A stretch of 64,000 nt of DNA from a virus (Duplodnaviria > Caudoviricetes), in IMG/VR virus record IMGVR_UViG_2863231158_000003. The stretch is one strand, 5' to 3'. Shown here in pieces: positions 8,676 through 18,500 of the stretch. The translations under genes and the position numbers were made by a program. Positions within the stretch are counted from its first letter, which is position 1. Each line of letters begins with the position of its first letter. The notes below the pieces were generated by a model. It did not search any database and had not been told where the DNA came from. It saw only the letters and a program-made list of their open reading frames with translations.

Positions 8676-9099
8676 CCGCGGCCCTCAATCTCTTGGGCCG
8701 GGGCGGCTCACGCCATCCGGCCACGACGATCACCGGTACGGCGATGACTCCCCAGATGAGGGCGGCGACCCAGCCGCGCTCGAACTCCCCCATGATCCAG
8801 GCAGCTGCATACGCGCCCATCCACGGCAGCACGATCAGGACCAGGGCCACGAATCCGGGTGCGTCACGGCCTTGCGGCAGCCACGAGAAGACAACCGCCA
8901 GCAGCCCTGTCGCGATCCACATCCAGGCCCACGCGTCGAGCGGGATCCGGTCCAGGAGCAGGCGCAGGCCCCGCTGGTCGGGCTGCGGTGACACGAGCTG
9001 CCCGTACCCGTAGAGGGCCCACACGGTGCCGTAGCAGAGAAGGATGGCGCCGCGGCGGCCGAGTATCCGGGCCAGCCGACGGGCCGCGCGGCAGCGCAC
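8665..9099 (-). CDS. Lysis-cassette membrane protein (about 4 TM)
   Basis: Four hydrophobic segments; downstream of the holin. Confidence 0.7.
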   Translation of the reverse strand: MRCRAARRLARILGRRGAILLCYGTVWALYGYGQLVSPQPDQRGLRLLLDRIPLDAWAWMWIATGLLAVVFSWLPQGRDAPGFVALVLIVLPWMGAYAAAWIMGEFERGWVAALIWGVIAVPVIVVAGWREPPRPKRLRAADGH

Positions 9100-9441
9100 T
9101 CAGACTCCAGCCGGAGGCCGCGCTGGGGACACCTGCCCGCGTGTGAGAAGCGCCAGCATCGCGAGAACGAGGGCGTTGACGGCGCCGACGGTCTCCTGGG
9201 AAACGTCGAAACCGTAGGCGGCGAGAAGGGCGAAACCGGCTGCGGCCAGGCCCGTGAACGCGCTGGGGGCGACGGGCCGGGTGATGGCGGCCGTGGCCGC
9301 GGCGAACACCGCGGAGATAACGGCGACGACCGCGGCGGCCTGCTCGGCGGACAGTCCGTCGAAGCCGAAACTGACGACGAGGGAGAGCGCGGCGCTGACG
9401 GTGGCGATGATGAGGGCTGGCTCGCGGCCGAAGAGTTTCAT
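9100..9441 (-). CDS. Holin
   Basis: MKLFGREPAL...LLTRGQVSP, hydrophobic, follows endolysin. Confidence 0.8.
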   Translation of the reverse strand: MKLFGREPALIIATVSAALSLVVSFGFDGLSAEQAAAVVAVISAVFAAATAAITRPVAPSAFTGLAAAGFALLAAYGFDVSQETVGAVNALVLAMLALLTRGQVSPARPPAGV

Positions 9442-9446
9442 GGTGC

Positions 9447-10388
9447 TCACTTCCAGTACAGGCCGCGGCAGCGCGCGGTGGTGATGGTGATGGCTCTCAT
9501 GTCGTCGGGGTCGAGAGGGAAGTAGGCGATCTCGAAGCGGAGCTTCTCGGTCGGCTTGATGGAGCCGACGTTGTGGAAGTCCGCGAACGTGGCCCCTGCG
9601 GTGGCGACGCGTTCGGTGATGCCGCCGAGCCAGCGGGTGTTGTCCGAGCGCAGGTGGTAGAAGCGGCCCTGCAGGGTGGAGCCTTCGGGGACGCTGCCGG
9701 TGACCTGCACCATCGCCTGGTAGATGCTGGCGCCCTTGAGGAGATCCACGCTCTCGATGGACAGGGTGGTCCACTTGTCGGGGGCAAGGGTGCGGTCGGT
9801 CTCGTCGTACAGGCCGAGCGTGTGCGGCACGTCGTCCTCCTGCGGGGGTGTCGGGGTCTTGCCGGTCGCGCGGGCGACGATCCCCGGGAACACGACCTCC
9901 TTGAATTGCCTGATGCGGGCCTGCCCAGGGCAGGCCGTGCCGGACGTTGACCACTGCGGGAACAGGGAGTGGTAGCCGTAGCCCGGGTCGGAGTGGGAGC
10001 GGCAGATCCGCAGCGGGAGGCCGTGCGTCTGGTGCAACCACACGCCGATCGCGATCAGGTCTTCGACCTGCTTGTCGTTCCATGGGTCGGAGCCGGAGGT
10101 GTTCGAGGCTGTCTCTGCGGACACGGCCCCGGTGCCGTCGGACCTGCGGTTCGCGCCCGCGTTGGCGTCTGCCCGCGTCTCGGTGCCGATGTACTGGCCG
10201 ACCGTTCCTTCGTAGTCGACGCCGAAGTGGGACTCCAGCGAGGTGCTGTCGCGCCAGTACTCGTAGGTGCGGCGGGCCGTCCACGGCGCGATGATCGAGT
10301 GGACGATGAACTGCGTCGGTCGGATCGCGGGCTGCGCATCGGACTCAGGCTGCAGCTCCATCTTGACAGCGCCCGGATACCAGGCCAT
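9447..10388 (-). CDS. Endolysin, N-acetylmuramoyl-L-alanine amidase (Amidase_2)
   Basis: IVHS...SHFGV...GYHS...TACPG Zn-amidase motifs, Pro linker, C-terminal beta domain. Confidence 0.85.
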   Translation of the reverse strand: MAWYPGAVKMELQPESDAQPAIRPTQFIVHSIIAPWTARRTYEYWRDSTSLESHFGVDYEGTVGQYIGTETRADANAGANRRSDGTGAVSAETASNTSGSDPWNDKQVEDLIAIGVWLHQTHGLPLRICRSHSDPGYGYHSLFPQWSTSGTACPGQARIRQFKEVVFPGIVARATGKTPTPPQEDDVPHTLGLYDETDRTLAPDKWTTLSIESVDLLKGASIYQAMVQVTGSVPEGSTLQGRFYHLRSDNTRWLGGITERVATAGATFADFHNVGSIKPTEKLRFEIAYFPLDPDDMRAITITTARCRGLYWK

Positions 10389-10401
10389 GGGCCGCCCCTT
10401 T

Positions 10402-10830
10402 CTAGTAGTCCCAGGTTGTGGCGACGAACTGGGCGTGGCCGACGGACGCTGGCTCGTGGTGGTCGTGCCAGACTTCGATGCCGACGGGGACACCGGACTC
10501 GCCCCAGAAGCACCAGGTGCTGGTGGACCAGTCACGGCCGGGGGTGTCGAGTTGGTCTTCGGCGCCGGTGTCGTCGGATTCCCCGAACGGGTCACGGACG
10601 AAGCGGGCCATGAACTGTCGGGGCCGGGTGTCGCCGGGAGGCAGGCTGAGGGGTTCCCAGCGGATGCCGCGGCCCCAGATGAAGTCGCCGCCGAACGGCG
10701 GCATGATCAGCGCAGGGGGCCTGTGCATGTGCCGGTCGTTGCGGACAGCCCGGTCGAACGTCAGCAAGGTCCACGAGTTCGGCCAGATGACCTGCGGGGT
10801 GTCGCGGTACAGCTTGCACTGCGTGGCCAC
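10402..10830 (-). CDS. Beta-rich protein resembling the endolysin C-terminal domain
   Basis: LY.DT...P..WT.L pattern shared with the endolysin CTD. Confidence 0.65.
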   Translation of the reverse strand: MATQCKLYRDTPQVIWPNSWTLLTFDRAVRNDRHMHRPPALIMPPFGGDFIWGRGIRWEPLSLPPGDTRPRQFMARFVRDPFGESDDTGAEDQLDTPGRDWSTSTWCFWGESGVPVGIEVWHDHHEPASVGHAQFVATTWDY

Positions 10831-10840
10831 GGCGTCCTCC

Positions 10841-11461
10841 TCAGAGGCTGACGATGACGCCGTTGAAGCCGATCCATGGTGGCTTGACGGATGATCCGAA
10901 TCCGTAAACCTGCAGGTAGCCGTCGGTCTGCACGTCAAGCTTGAGGGCGATGCGATCACTGCTGATGTCCGAACAGGGAATCAGCACAGTGCGCAGCGTC
11001 GACGGCCGCACCACGGACGGCAGGGCAGTGGAGTTGATGACGTAGGAGCTCGGCGGTGACGAGGGGTACGAGGTGCGGTTCACCGCGCCGCGCAGTTGCA
11101 GCGACTCCTCACCGGAGATGTTGAGGAGCCGGTACTGCAGATTGCCGTTGCTGTTGCCGTTCTGAGTGAAACCCGAGGCCAGCGAGATCGTCGTCCAAGC
11201 AGAGGCGCCCGTAGAGACCGCGACCCACGACGTGCCGTCGTACACGTCCAGGCGGTTGACGTCCTGCAGCCACGTCTGCATGCCCTCGACCGGCGCCGCC
11301 GAGCCGACGAGCGTCGCGGCCCGCGCGCTCGCCGAGGCGAAACGCATGACGCCGCGCTGAGCCAGGGCGTTGGCAATGTCGCGGGCGAGCTTGCCCGCGT
11401 CGGGCTGGTCGGTCAGGCTGGCGATCTGGATGCCCTGCCCGTAGTCGTCCGTGATCGGCAA
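10841..11461 (-). CDS. Minor tail/tail fibre protein
   Basis: VMRFASASAR...PVEGM...YDGTSW; position. Confidence 0.75.
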   Translation of the reverse strand: MPITDDYGQGIQIASLTDQPDAGKLARDIANALAQRGVMRFASASARAATLVGSAAPVEGMQTWLQDVNRLDVYDGTSWVAVSTGASAWTTISLASGFTQNGNSNGNLQYRLLNISGEESLQLRGAVNRTSYPSSPPSSYVINSTALPSVVRPSTLRTVLIPCSDISSDRIALKLDVQTDGYLQVYGFGSSVKPPWIGFNGVIVSL

Positions 11462-11471
11462 CTGGGCCTCC

Positions 11472-12212
11472 TTATGAGATGCGTGTGAGGCGCAGCCACG
11501 AGTCGGTGTAGACGGTGGTGGCGGTGCCGCCGGTGTTGCCCTGGGACCACTGGAGGGCGTAGGTGCCGCCGGTTCCCTGGACGCGGAGGGTGCCGGCCAG
11601 CAGCACCGAGTACTCCCCCGCGGCTGACGTCGTGCCGGAGAAGTTCCTGGGCTGAGCGACGTCGTTGGTTTCGGTGCGGATGGAGTAGCCGCTGGTGGAC
11701 TGGCCGGTGGTGCCCAGGCCCATGCCGTGTCCGGTCCACTCCCCGAGCGCGCTGGCCGGCACGGTCCAGTCGATGGTGATGTCGAGGTCGACGAGCGCCG
11801 AGTATTTGATCCAGCCGTCCATCGCGTAGGTGGCGTTCGCGGCGACGGTGAACACGAGGTGGGGGTCGTCTGTGGGTGTGGCCGTGTTGGTGCGGGACGT
11901 GTCCGCGGTTTTCAGGGCGATCCGGGACTGCCCGATGCCGAAGTTGCTGTTCGAGGTGCGGCCTGCGGCGAGCCAGTTCCCGGCGGAGGACTGGGTGATG
12001 ACGATGAGGTCGCCGACGGTGGGCAGGGGATAGCTGTCGAGGCAGCGGCAGGTGACGCCGTCCGCGGTGACGGTTCCGTCGCCGGGGGCGGCGGTGACGG
12101 TGGCGAGACGCCAGTCCGCGCCGCGGATCGCCGGGGTCGTGGCTCCGACCCTCTGAGCGGAGTGAACGACGGCATCGGCCAGGTCGCGTGCCGAGGAGAA
12201 GGAGGAGCTCAC
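11472..12212 (-). CDS. Minor tail protein
   Basis: WRLATVT...GD.I...GNWLA; DDPHL...LQWSQ domain. Confidence 0.75.
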   Translation of the reverse strand: MSSSFSSARDLADAVVHSAQRVGATTPAIRGADWRLATVTAAPGDGTVTADGVTCRCLDSYPLPTVGDLIVITQSSAGNWLAAGRTSNSNFGIGQSRIALKTADTSRTNTATPTDDPHLVFTVAANATYAMDGWIKYSALVDLDITIDWTVPASALGEWTGHGMGLGTTGQSTSGYSIRTETNDVAQPRNFSGTTSAAGEYSVLLAGTLRVQGTGGTYALQWSQGNTGGTATTVYTDSWLRLTRIS

Positions 12213-13303
12213 TCGTCCTCCTTCGCCGAGATAGTAGTGATCGGGAAGTCACCGCCAGCAGGATCGAGAGGCACGCTGAACGACTGCACTTGGTGGAGTT
12301 CGCGGGTGCCGTCCGGGTGAACAACGCGGATCACGTCGCCTGGCTCGAGCGCCGGATTCGGCAGGGCAGAGAAGTCACCCGACGCGTTAGGGGCCTTGCT
12401 GGCCTTGAGCTTGAGGCCAGCCGCCTGCGCGCACGCCTCCTCCGTGACCAGCGTCGAGGAGGCGTAGAACATTGGCCGGCGCCCGTAGGGTCCGCCCCAG
12501 TGCGTCGGCGAGTTCGGGTCGTCGTCCGTGGCCAGGTAGGAGACGGGCGGCACGTTCTCCTCGGTGTTCTCGCCGCGAGCGAGGACGCCGTTATAGACGT
12601 TGGTGCTGCTCATGGCGCGGCTACCGGTGACGTATACGCCGCCCTCGGCTGCGGCGACCTCCCACACGGCAGGCGTCGTCGTCAGCTCCGGCAGCGTGGC
12701 GATCACGAATTCGCCGTCCGCGTTGGCGTAGCACTCGGCCCCTGCCGCGGCGGCGATCTCCTGCACGCCAGCCCACGGGTCCGCCTCGATGTCGAAAGTC
12801 CTGGCGCCGATGGGGGCGTCGGCGATGGCGCTGATGACGGCAGCATCCGGCAGGCTGCGCTGGATGAGCCCGGTGATCGCACCGACGACCGTGCCGGTGG
12901 CTTTGTAGGGCTCGGTGAACTTGTCGTCAGCGACCACAGCGGAGAGGTCTTTGCCGGTCAGGGTGATGGGGCCCTCGGTGACGTCTCCCTCGACGGAGTC
13001 GAGGCGGAACACGCCGAGTGGTACGAGCTCCGTGGTGCCGTCGCCGTAGTCGACGCCGCGCGCGATCCTCAGCTTGGCCCCGTACACGGCCAGTTGATCG
13101 GTAGGCGTGCGCGGGATGAGGGACACGTCGGCGCCGGTAACCGTGCAGGTACGGCGGGTCGCCTGCCCGCGGTCCACCGGAACACTGCCACCCGTGTGCT
13201 CCAGCTCGACAACGCTGCCGTCGGTCCGGAACAGCTGGACGCGCGTGACAGGAGTGTGGGACTCGGCGAGGCGCGGCAGGAACCGGTCTGAGACGGGATA
13301 CAC
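12209..13303 (-). CDS. Baseplate hub/minor tail protein (DUF5047-like)
   Basis: YPVSDRFL..L..SH...PLGVFR...NPALEPGD. Confidence 0.8.
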   Translation of the reverse strand: MYPVSDRFLPRLAESHTPVTRVQLFRTDGSVVELEHTGGSVPVDRGQATRRTCTVTGADVSLIPRTPTDQLAVYGAKLRIARGVDYGDGTTELVPLGVFRLDSVEGDVTEGPITLTGKDLSAVVADDKFTEPYKATGTVVGAITGLIQRSLPDAAVISAIADAPIGARTFDIEADPWAGVQEIAAAAGAECYANADGEFVIATLPELTTTPAVWEVAAAEGGVYVTGSRAMSSTNVYNGVLARGENTEENVPPVSYLATDDDPNSPTHWGGPYGRRPMFYASSTLVTEEACAQAAGLKLKASKAPNASGDFSALPNPALEPGDVIRVVHPDGTRELHQVQSFSVPLDPAGGDFPITTISAKEDE

Positions 13304-13307
13304 GACG

Positions 13308-15539
13308 TCACCCCGTTCTGCGGTCGAGGAGCACGTCCTCCCAGCTGGCGTAGGTGTCGAGCACCGCCTGCCAGCTGTCGAACTCGGCAAGCACGTCCTG
13401 CCATGTGCGGCCTGCGCTGGAGCCGACGCCGGTGGTGACGGGCATGTCCGTCTCGGTCAGCGGCAGCGTCCACGCCCGCCACAGATCCATCGCCGTGGCC
13501 CCCGTGCGGGCCTCGGTGACCTGGGCGACGGACACGTACATGTCGGCAACGCCCATACCGGGGACGGCCTGCCACAGCAGAGTGGCGCCGGAATCGAGGA
13601 TCCAGTGCAGCGCCGCCCGCTCGTCGTCGGTCCGGGTCCACACCGTCAGCTCGCCCTCCAGCCCGCCGCGGCTCGACGAGAGGACGACTGCGTTGCGGCG
13701 GCCCTTGACCCGGTACGGGGTCTGATCGATGGGCCGCTGCCAGTCCGGCGCCCGCTGCACCATCACTGTGACGTTCCGCTGCGGATTGCCGGGATCCTTC
13801 AGCCAGGCGAGGTTGATGTCGCCTGCGGGGATGGTGACGGTGTCGGAGCTGCGGGTGGACGGGCTCGTCGAGTCGGGCTCGTACAGCTCGATCCGGTACG
13901 CGACCGGTACGCCGATCGGCGCCTCGTAGTCCTCGATGACCAGCAGATCCGACGTAATCAACGTGTAGTTGAGGAGACCCGACGTGCCACGCACGAGGGT
14001 GCGGGAGCCGTCGGACGCCTCCCGGTACACGCTGATGTAGTAGTCGAGTGGCAGTTCCCGCAGCGTCAGCGTGATGCTGGCGGTCGACTCGACGACCTCC
14101 ACCGCTGTGAGCGGCAGGGCCTCCCACAGCGCTGCCACGTCCACGTACATGCCGGAGCTGGATGCGGAGGCGGTGACGGTCAGCTCGATTGCGCCCTGCG
14201 TGGCGGTGGCGGGCACCGTCGCGTCGGTGGCCATCGCCCACCAGTCGCTGGCCGGCAGGTTGTAGCTGGTACCGCCCGTCGTCCCCAGGTCCACGTTGGC
14301 CGCGTCGTACCAGCGGACCTTGACGTTGACCGACGTCCAGGAACCCGCCGACCGGCTCGCGATGATCTGCGCCCGATAGCTCGTGTCCGCAGGCGCCGCG
14401 AACCGCCCCGACCTGATGACACTGGCCGTGGCCGTTGAGGACGTGACCGCGAGGGCGTAGGCACCCTCCCAGTACGCGGCGCCCCATGGCGTCGAGCGGG
14501 AGATCGTCGCCACACCGGAGGCAACCGTCCACCCTGCAACACCTTGCTCAAAGCTGCCGTCGGCGTAGGGGAGGATCGTCCCGGCCTGGAGCTCCGGGGC
14601 GACGGTGACGACCGCGCCCTCCAGACGCAGCACCTGCCCGGCCGCAGCGCCGTTGATCCCGGCCGCGATGGAGCAGGTGGCTGCGTTGGCGGGGGCGATG
14701 CCGGAGGCGCGCTGCCGGTACCAGCCCTGCCCCGGCGACGGCTGCACCAGACTCGAGCGGGCGGCCGAGACCTGGTTGCCGTTGACGTCGTAGTAGCGCA
14801 GCTCCACCCACGTGTCCGCCGCCAAGGTCGGCGGGTTGAGGTAGATGTAGGCCCGATAGTCGGTACCCGGGGTGACCACGGGCCGATCCGTGGAGACCGC
14901 CGCAGCGTTACCGGCACCGGTGGCGGTGATCGCGATGACGTGGCCGCCGACCAAGTAGTTGTCGACGGCCCACGCCACCGCGGGAACCTGCCTGGTGACG
15001 CCCGCGTTGACCTCCGCCGTCCACCCCGACGCGTCGACCTCAGCGGTCTCCGTGCCGAACGCGAAGAGATTGCCAGTCGTTCTGATCGGCAGTCCAAGGT
15101 AGACGTTCTCCCAGAACTGGTTGACGTTCCCGGCAGCCGGTGTGGACGACAGCAGGACCTGCGCCTGCGTCGCCCCCGCCGGCGCCGCGCCCGCCACTCC
15201 TACCCGATGCCAGGTCGCGGAGGCGGACGCCGTGGACAGCGACCACGTCACCGAGATCTCCGTGCCGGTCGCAGTGAGCCAGCGGATCCCGATCCGCTCC
15301 ACCACGACGCCTGCCGCATCACCGAACGTCTGGTAGACGGTGCCGGCGGTGACGGGGTACGACGAGACCGTGCGGGCCTGCATCTCCCCCGCCGCGACAC
15401 TCTTGACGATCAGGCAGCCGTCACCAATCCGACCGCCCGTGCCCTTGCTGAGGGTGCAGTTCAGCTTCGGCGTCCAGCCGGAGGTGTTCGGGTCGATCTC
15501 CGACGTCGTCGCCGACAGCATGTTCCCGGGGATCGCCAT
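13308..15539 (-). CDS. Distal tail-like protein with three CBM-like repeats
   Basis: Three GN(L)...E...GWT modules followed by a WLKDPG.P domain. Confidence 0.75.
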   Translation of the reverse strand: MAIPGNMLSATTSEIDPNTSGWTPKLNCTLSKGTGGRIGDGCLIVKSVAAGEMQARTVSSYPVTAGTVYQTFGDAAGVVVERIGIRWLTATGTEISVTWSLSTASASATWHRVGVAGAAPAGATQAQVLLSSTPAAGNVNQFWENVYLGLPIRTTGNLFAFGTETAEVDASGWTAEVNAGVTRQVPAVAWAVDNYLVGGHVIAITATGAGNAAAVSTDRPVVTPGTDYRAYIYLNPPTLAADTWVELRYYDVNGNQVSAARSSLVQPSPGQGWYRQRASGIAPANAATCSIAAGINGAAAGQVLRLEGAVVTVAPELQAGTILPYADGSFEQGVAGWTVASGVATISRSTPWGAAYWEGAYALAVTSSTATASVIRSGRFAAPADTSYRAQIIASRSAGSWTSVNVKVRWYDAANVDLGTTGGTSYNLPASDWWAMATDATVPATATQGAIELTVTASASSSGMYVDVAALWEALPLTAVEVVESTASITLTLRELPLDYYISVYREASDGSRTLVRGTSGLLNYTLITSDLLVIEDYEAPIGVPVAYRIELYEPDSTSPSTRSSDTVTIPAGDINLAWLKDPGNPQRNVTVMVQRAPDWQRPIDQTPYRVKGRRNAVVLSSSRGGLEGELTVWTRTDDERAALHWILDSGATLLWQAVPGMGVADMYVSVAQVTEARTGATAMDLWRAWTLPLTETDMPVTTGVGSSAGRTWQDVLAEFDSWQAVLDTYASWEDVLLDRRTG

Positions 15540-15542
15540 CGC

Positions 15543-18500
15543 TCACCCCCGCCCGCCACGCAGCGCCGTCACCAGCTCGCCGTTCGACCGCCGCACCTCA
15601 GCACGCGCGATTTCCGTGATCTCCCGATCGCCGACAAACACCTGCACGCTCAGGTCCCCGAGACCGCCGCCGCCCGTTGCCATCCGCGCAAGGGCGCTGG
15701 CCTGCGTGGACGTGAACACCGGCTCCGGCCGCCCCGTGCCGTTGTAGGCCAGGTTCAGGCCGGGCTGGAGCATGCCGCCCTGGTCGTACCAGTGCGGCGA
15801 CCTGGCCAGCCACTTCGCATACGCCCGTGCTGGGCTGCCGTAGTCCGGACGGTCCTTGATGTAGCCCATGCCCCAGCGGATCTGCGTCTTCGCGTTGGTC
15901 CGCCAGTCGGGGCCCGCCGAGCGCATCTTCGACCCCGGGAGCGCCTGCGGGATTCCGTAGGCGTCTGACGTGGGATTATCTGCGTTCCAACGCCACCCGG
16001 ACTCGCCATGCCACAACTTCTTCAGCGGCCCGAACTGGTTGGCGCCCCACCCGTAGCGCGGCAGGAGCGCCTTGGCGTACTTCTGCGCCGCGCCCACCGC
16101 GTTCGCGGGGAAGCCCTTGCCGCCACCCGTGAGGAACGGCATCGGGTCGACGGAGCGCCCGTTGACCCGGGCTTCGAGGTGGAGGTGCGGGCCGGTCGTG
16201 TTGCCGGTGTTGCCGACGCGGCCGATCTGGGTTCCGCCCGCAACGCCGCGGCCCTGTTTCATCAGGATTGCGGACATGTGGGCGTACAGGGACTGCAGCC
16301 CACTGCCGTGGTTGATCACAATGTGCTTGCCGTAGGGGCCGCCGTTCGCCGTCTTGGCGATGGTGCCGTCAGCAACCGCCTTCACCGCGGTGCCGATGGC
16401 CGCGGGGAAGTCGAGACCGGTGTGACGACCTGAGCTCCACATGCTGCCGCGGACACCGAACTTCGTTCCGAACCGGGCGTCGACTGGCTTGAGCCAGGCG
16501 CCGCCAAGCATCCCGTCGGCGCCGCCGCCCAGCATGCTGTTCACGGCGTCGACGAGCTTGCTCTTCAGCCCGCCGATCCACTTGCCCGGTACCCGGCGGA
16601 TCGCTTTGGCCCACAGCCCATCGCCGGTGATGCCCTTCGCAACCCGCTCCTTGATGGGCTTGACGAGCTTGTCCCAGGCTTTCGACGGGTTCGTCAGCAG
16701 GTTGAAGCCGGTCTTGGCCCAATTGATCGCCTTGCCGATCGTGTCCTTGGTCCAGTCCCAGGCGCCGCCGAGGATGCCCCCGTCCGCCATGAGCTTGGTG
16801 CCTGCCGCGGCATGCAGGGCGCGAGCACGGTTACGGAATCGCGGGTCCGTCGGGATCACGAATTCCGGAAACCTTGGGTTGCCCTCGCCGACGATCGCGG
16901 TCGGGCGGTTGGTGACCATCGGCCGGGCAGGGCCGAAGCCGTCACCGACGGTGCCGCCTGCCGCCAGCTGCTTCGGTGCGGGCGGCAGTTCATCCAGGCT
17001 GACGATCTTCGCGACGGCGTTCCAGACGGGGCGGATGCCCTTGCCGTACACGTACTTGATCACGAAGTTGACGGGGCCCTTAGTGATCGACTGAACCTTG
17101 CCCCAGGCCGTCTTGATGGCGTCCTTCGCCCTGCCAAAAGCGACCCCGACCAGCCTGACCGCTTCCTTGATCCGATCGAATGGCGGCTTCAATCCCTTGC
17201 GCCACAGCCACGACGCGGTCGTCGCGATCCCACTGAACGCAGGCTTGATCGCCTTGTCGTACAGCCACTTCCCGACCGCGCCGATCCCGCGGAACGCCGG
17301 TGCCAGGGCCTGCTGCCAGAGCCACTTCCCGATCCTGGCAACAAATCGGAACGTGCCGACAATGCGGTCACCGACAGGCTTGATGGTGACCCTGTACAGC
17401 GCTCCAGCCGCCGTCCCAATCCCCCGGAACGCGGGCCGCAGCGCGTTCTCCCACAGCCACTTACCGATCCGGCCGACGAAACGGAAGCCCTCGACGATGC
17501 CGTCGACAGCAGGCTTGATCGCATTGCGGTACAGGGCTCCGGCCGCGACACCGATACCCCGGAATGCCGGGAGCAGCCCCTTCTCATACAGCCACTTCCC
17601 GGTCGCAGCTGTCAGCTTGAACCCCAGCACGACAGGGGCGATCAGCAGTGTGGCGATGACAGCAGCGAGGACCCGCGCGCCCAGCGAGATGCCGTCGAAG
17701 GCAGGCTTCAGCGCGGTGCGCCACAGCCACGATCCCCAGCCGCCCACCGTGCGCAGACCTGTGGAAATGCCGTCGAAGGCGGGCCTGAGTACCTGATTCC
17801 AGGCGCCGGACACCGCATCCTTGATGCCGTTCCAGACCGCCTGGACCCCAGCACGGAACCAGTCGAACCTCTTGTACGCGTAGACGACAGCGGCGACCAG
17901 CGCCACGATCCCGATGATGAGCAGGGTGATCGGGTGCGCGTTCAGCACCGCCGCCTGAAGGACGAGCGCGAGCGTCCACAGTTTCGTCGCGATGAACAGC
18001 CCATACAGGCCCTGAATCAGCCAAGGCGTGGTCTCTGCCACCGAGGCGATGCCGCGCGCCAGAACCCCAAGAACCTCGAGCAGAGGCCCCGACAGGGGCG
18101 ACAGAGCCCGCGCGACCTCGAAGAAGGCACGCGAGATGTCACCGATGGTGCGGGCAACGAGCGGCCCGTTCTCAGCGGCATACGCCAGGAACCGCTCGAA
18201 GGCGGGCGACCCCTTCAGGCCGGCACCCCAAGCGGCGAAGCGGCCGGTGATGGCCCGCATCCGCGCGCTGATGGAGTCCATATGGGGCAGGAAGGCCTGC
18301 ACCACTCCGGCCATGCCCTTGAACACGTTGCCGAAGGAGACACCCAAGCCGATGATCGCAGGTCGGACTGCGCCCGCCAGATCTGCCTTGAAGCCCTTCC
18401 ACCAGGGGTTTTTGAAGCCCCTGCTTGCCCGGTCCTGCAGCTCACCGACGGCGTCTGCTGCTTCCTTCGCGAAGGGCGTCAGCCCGGGCAGCGCGTTCTT

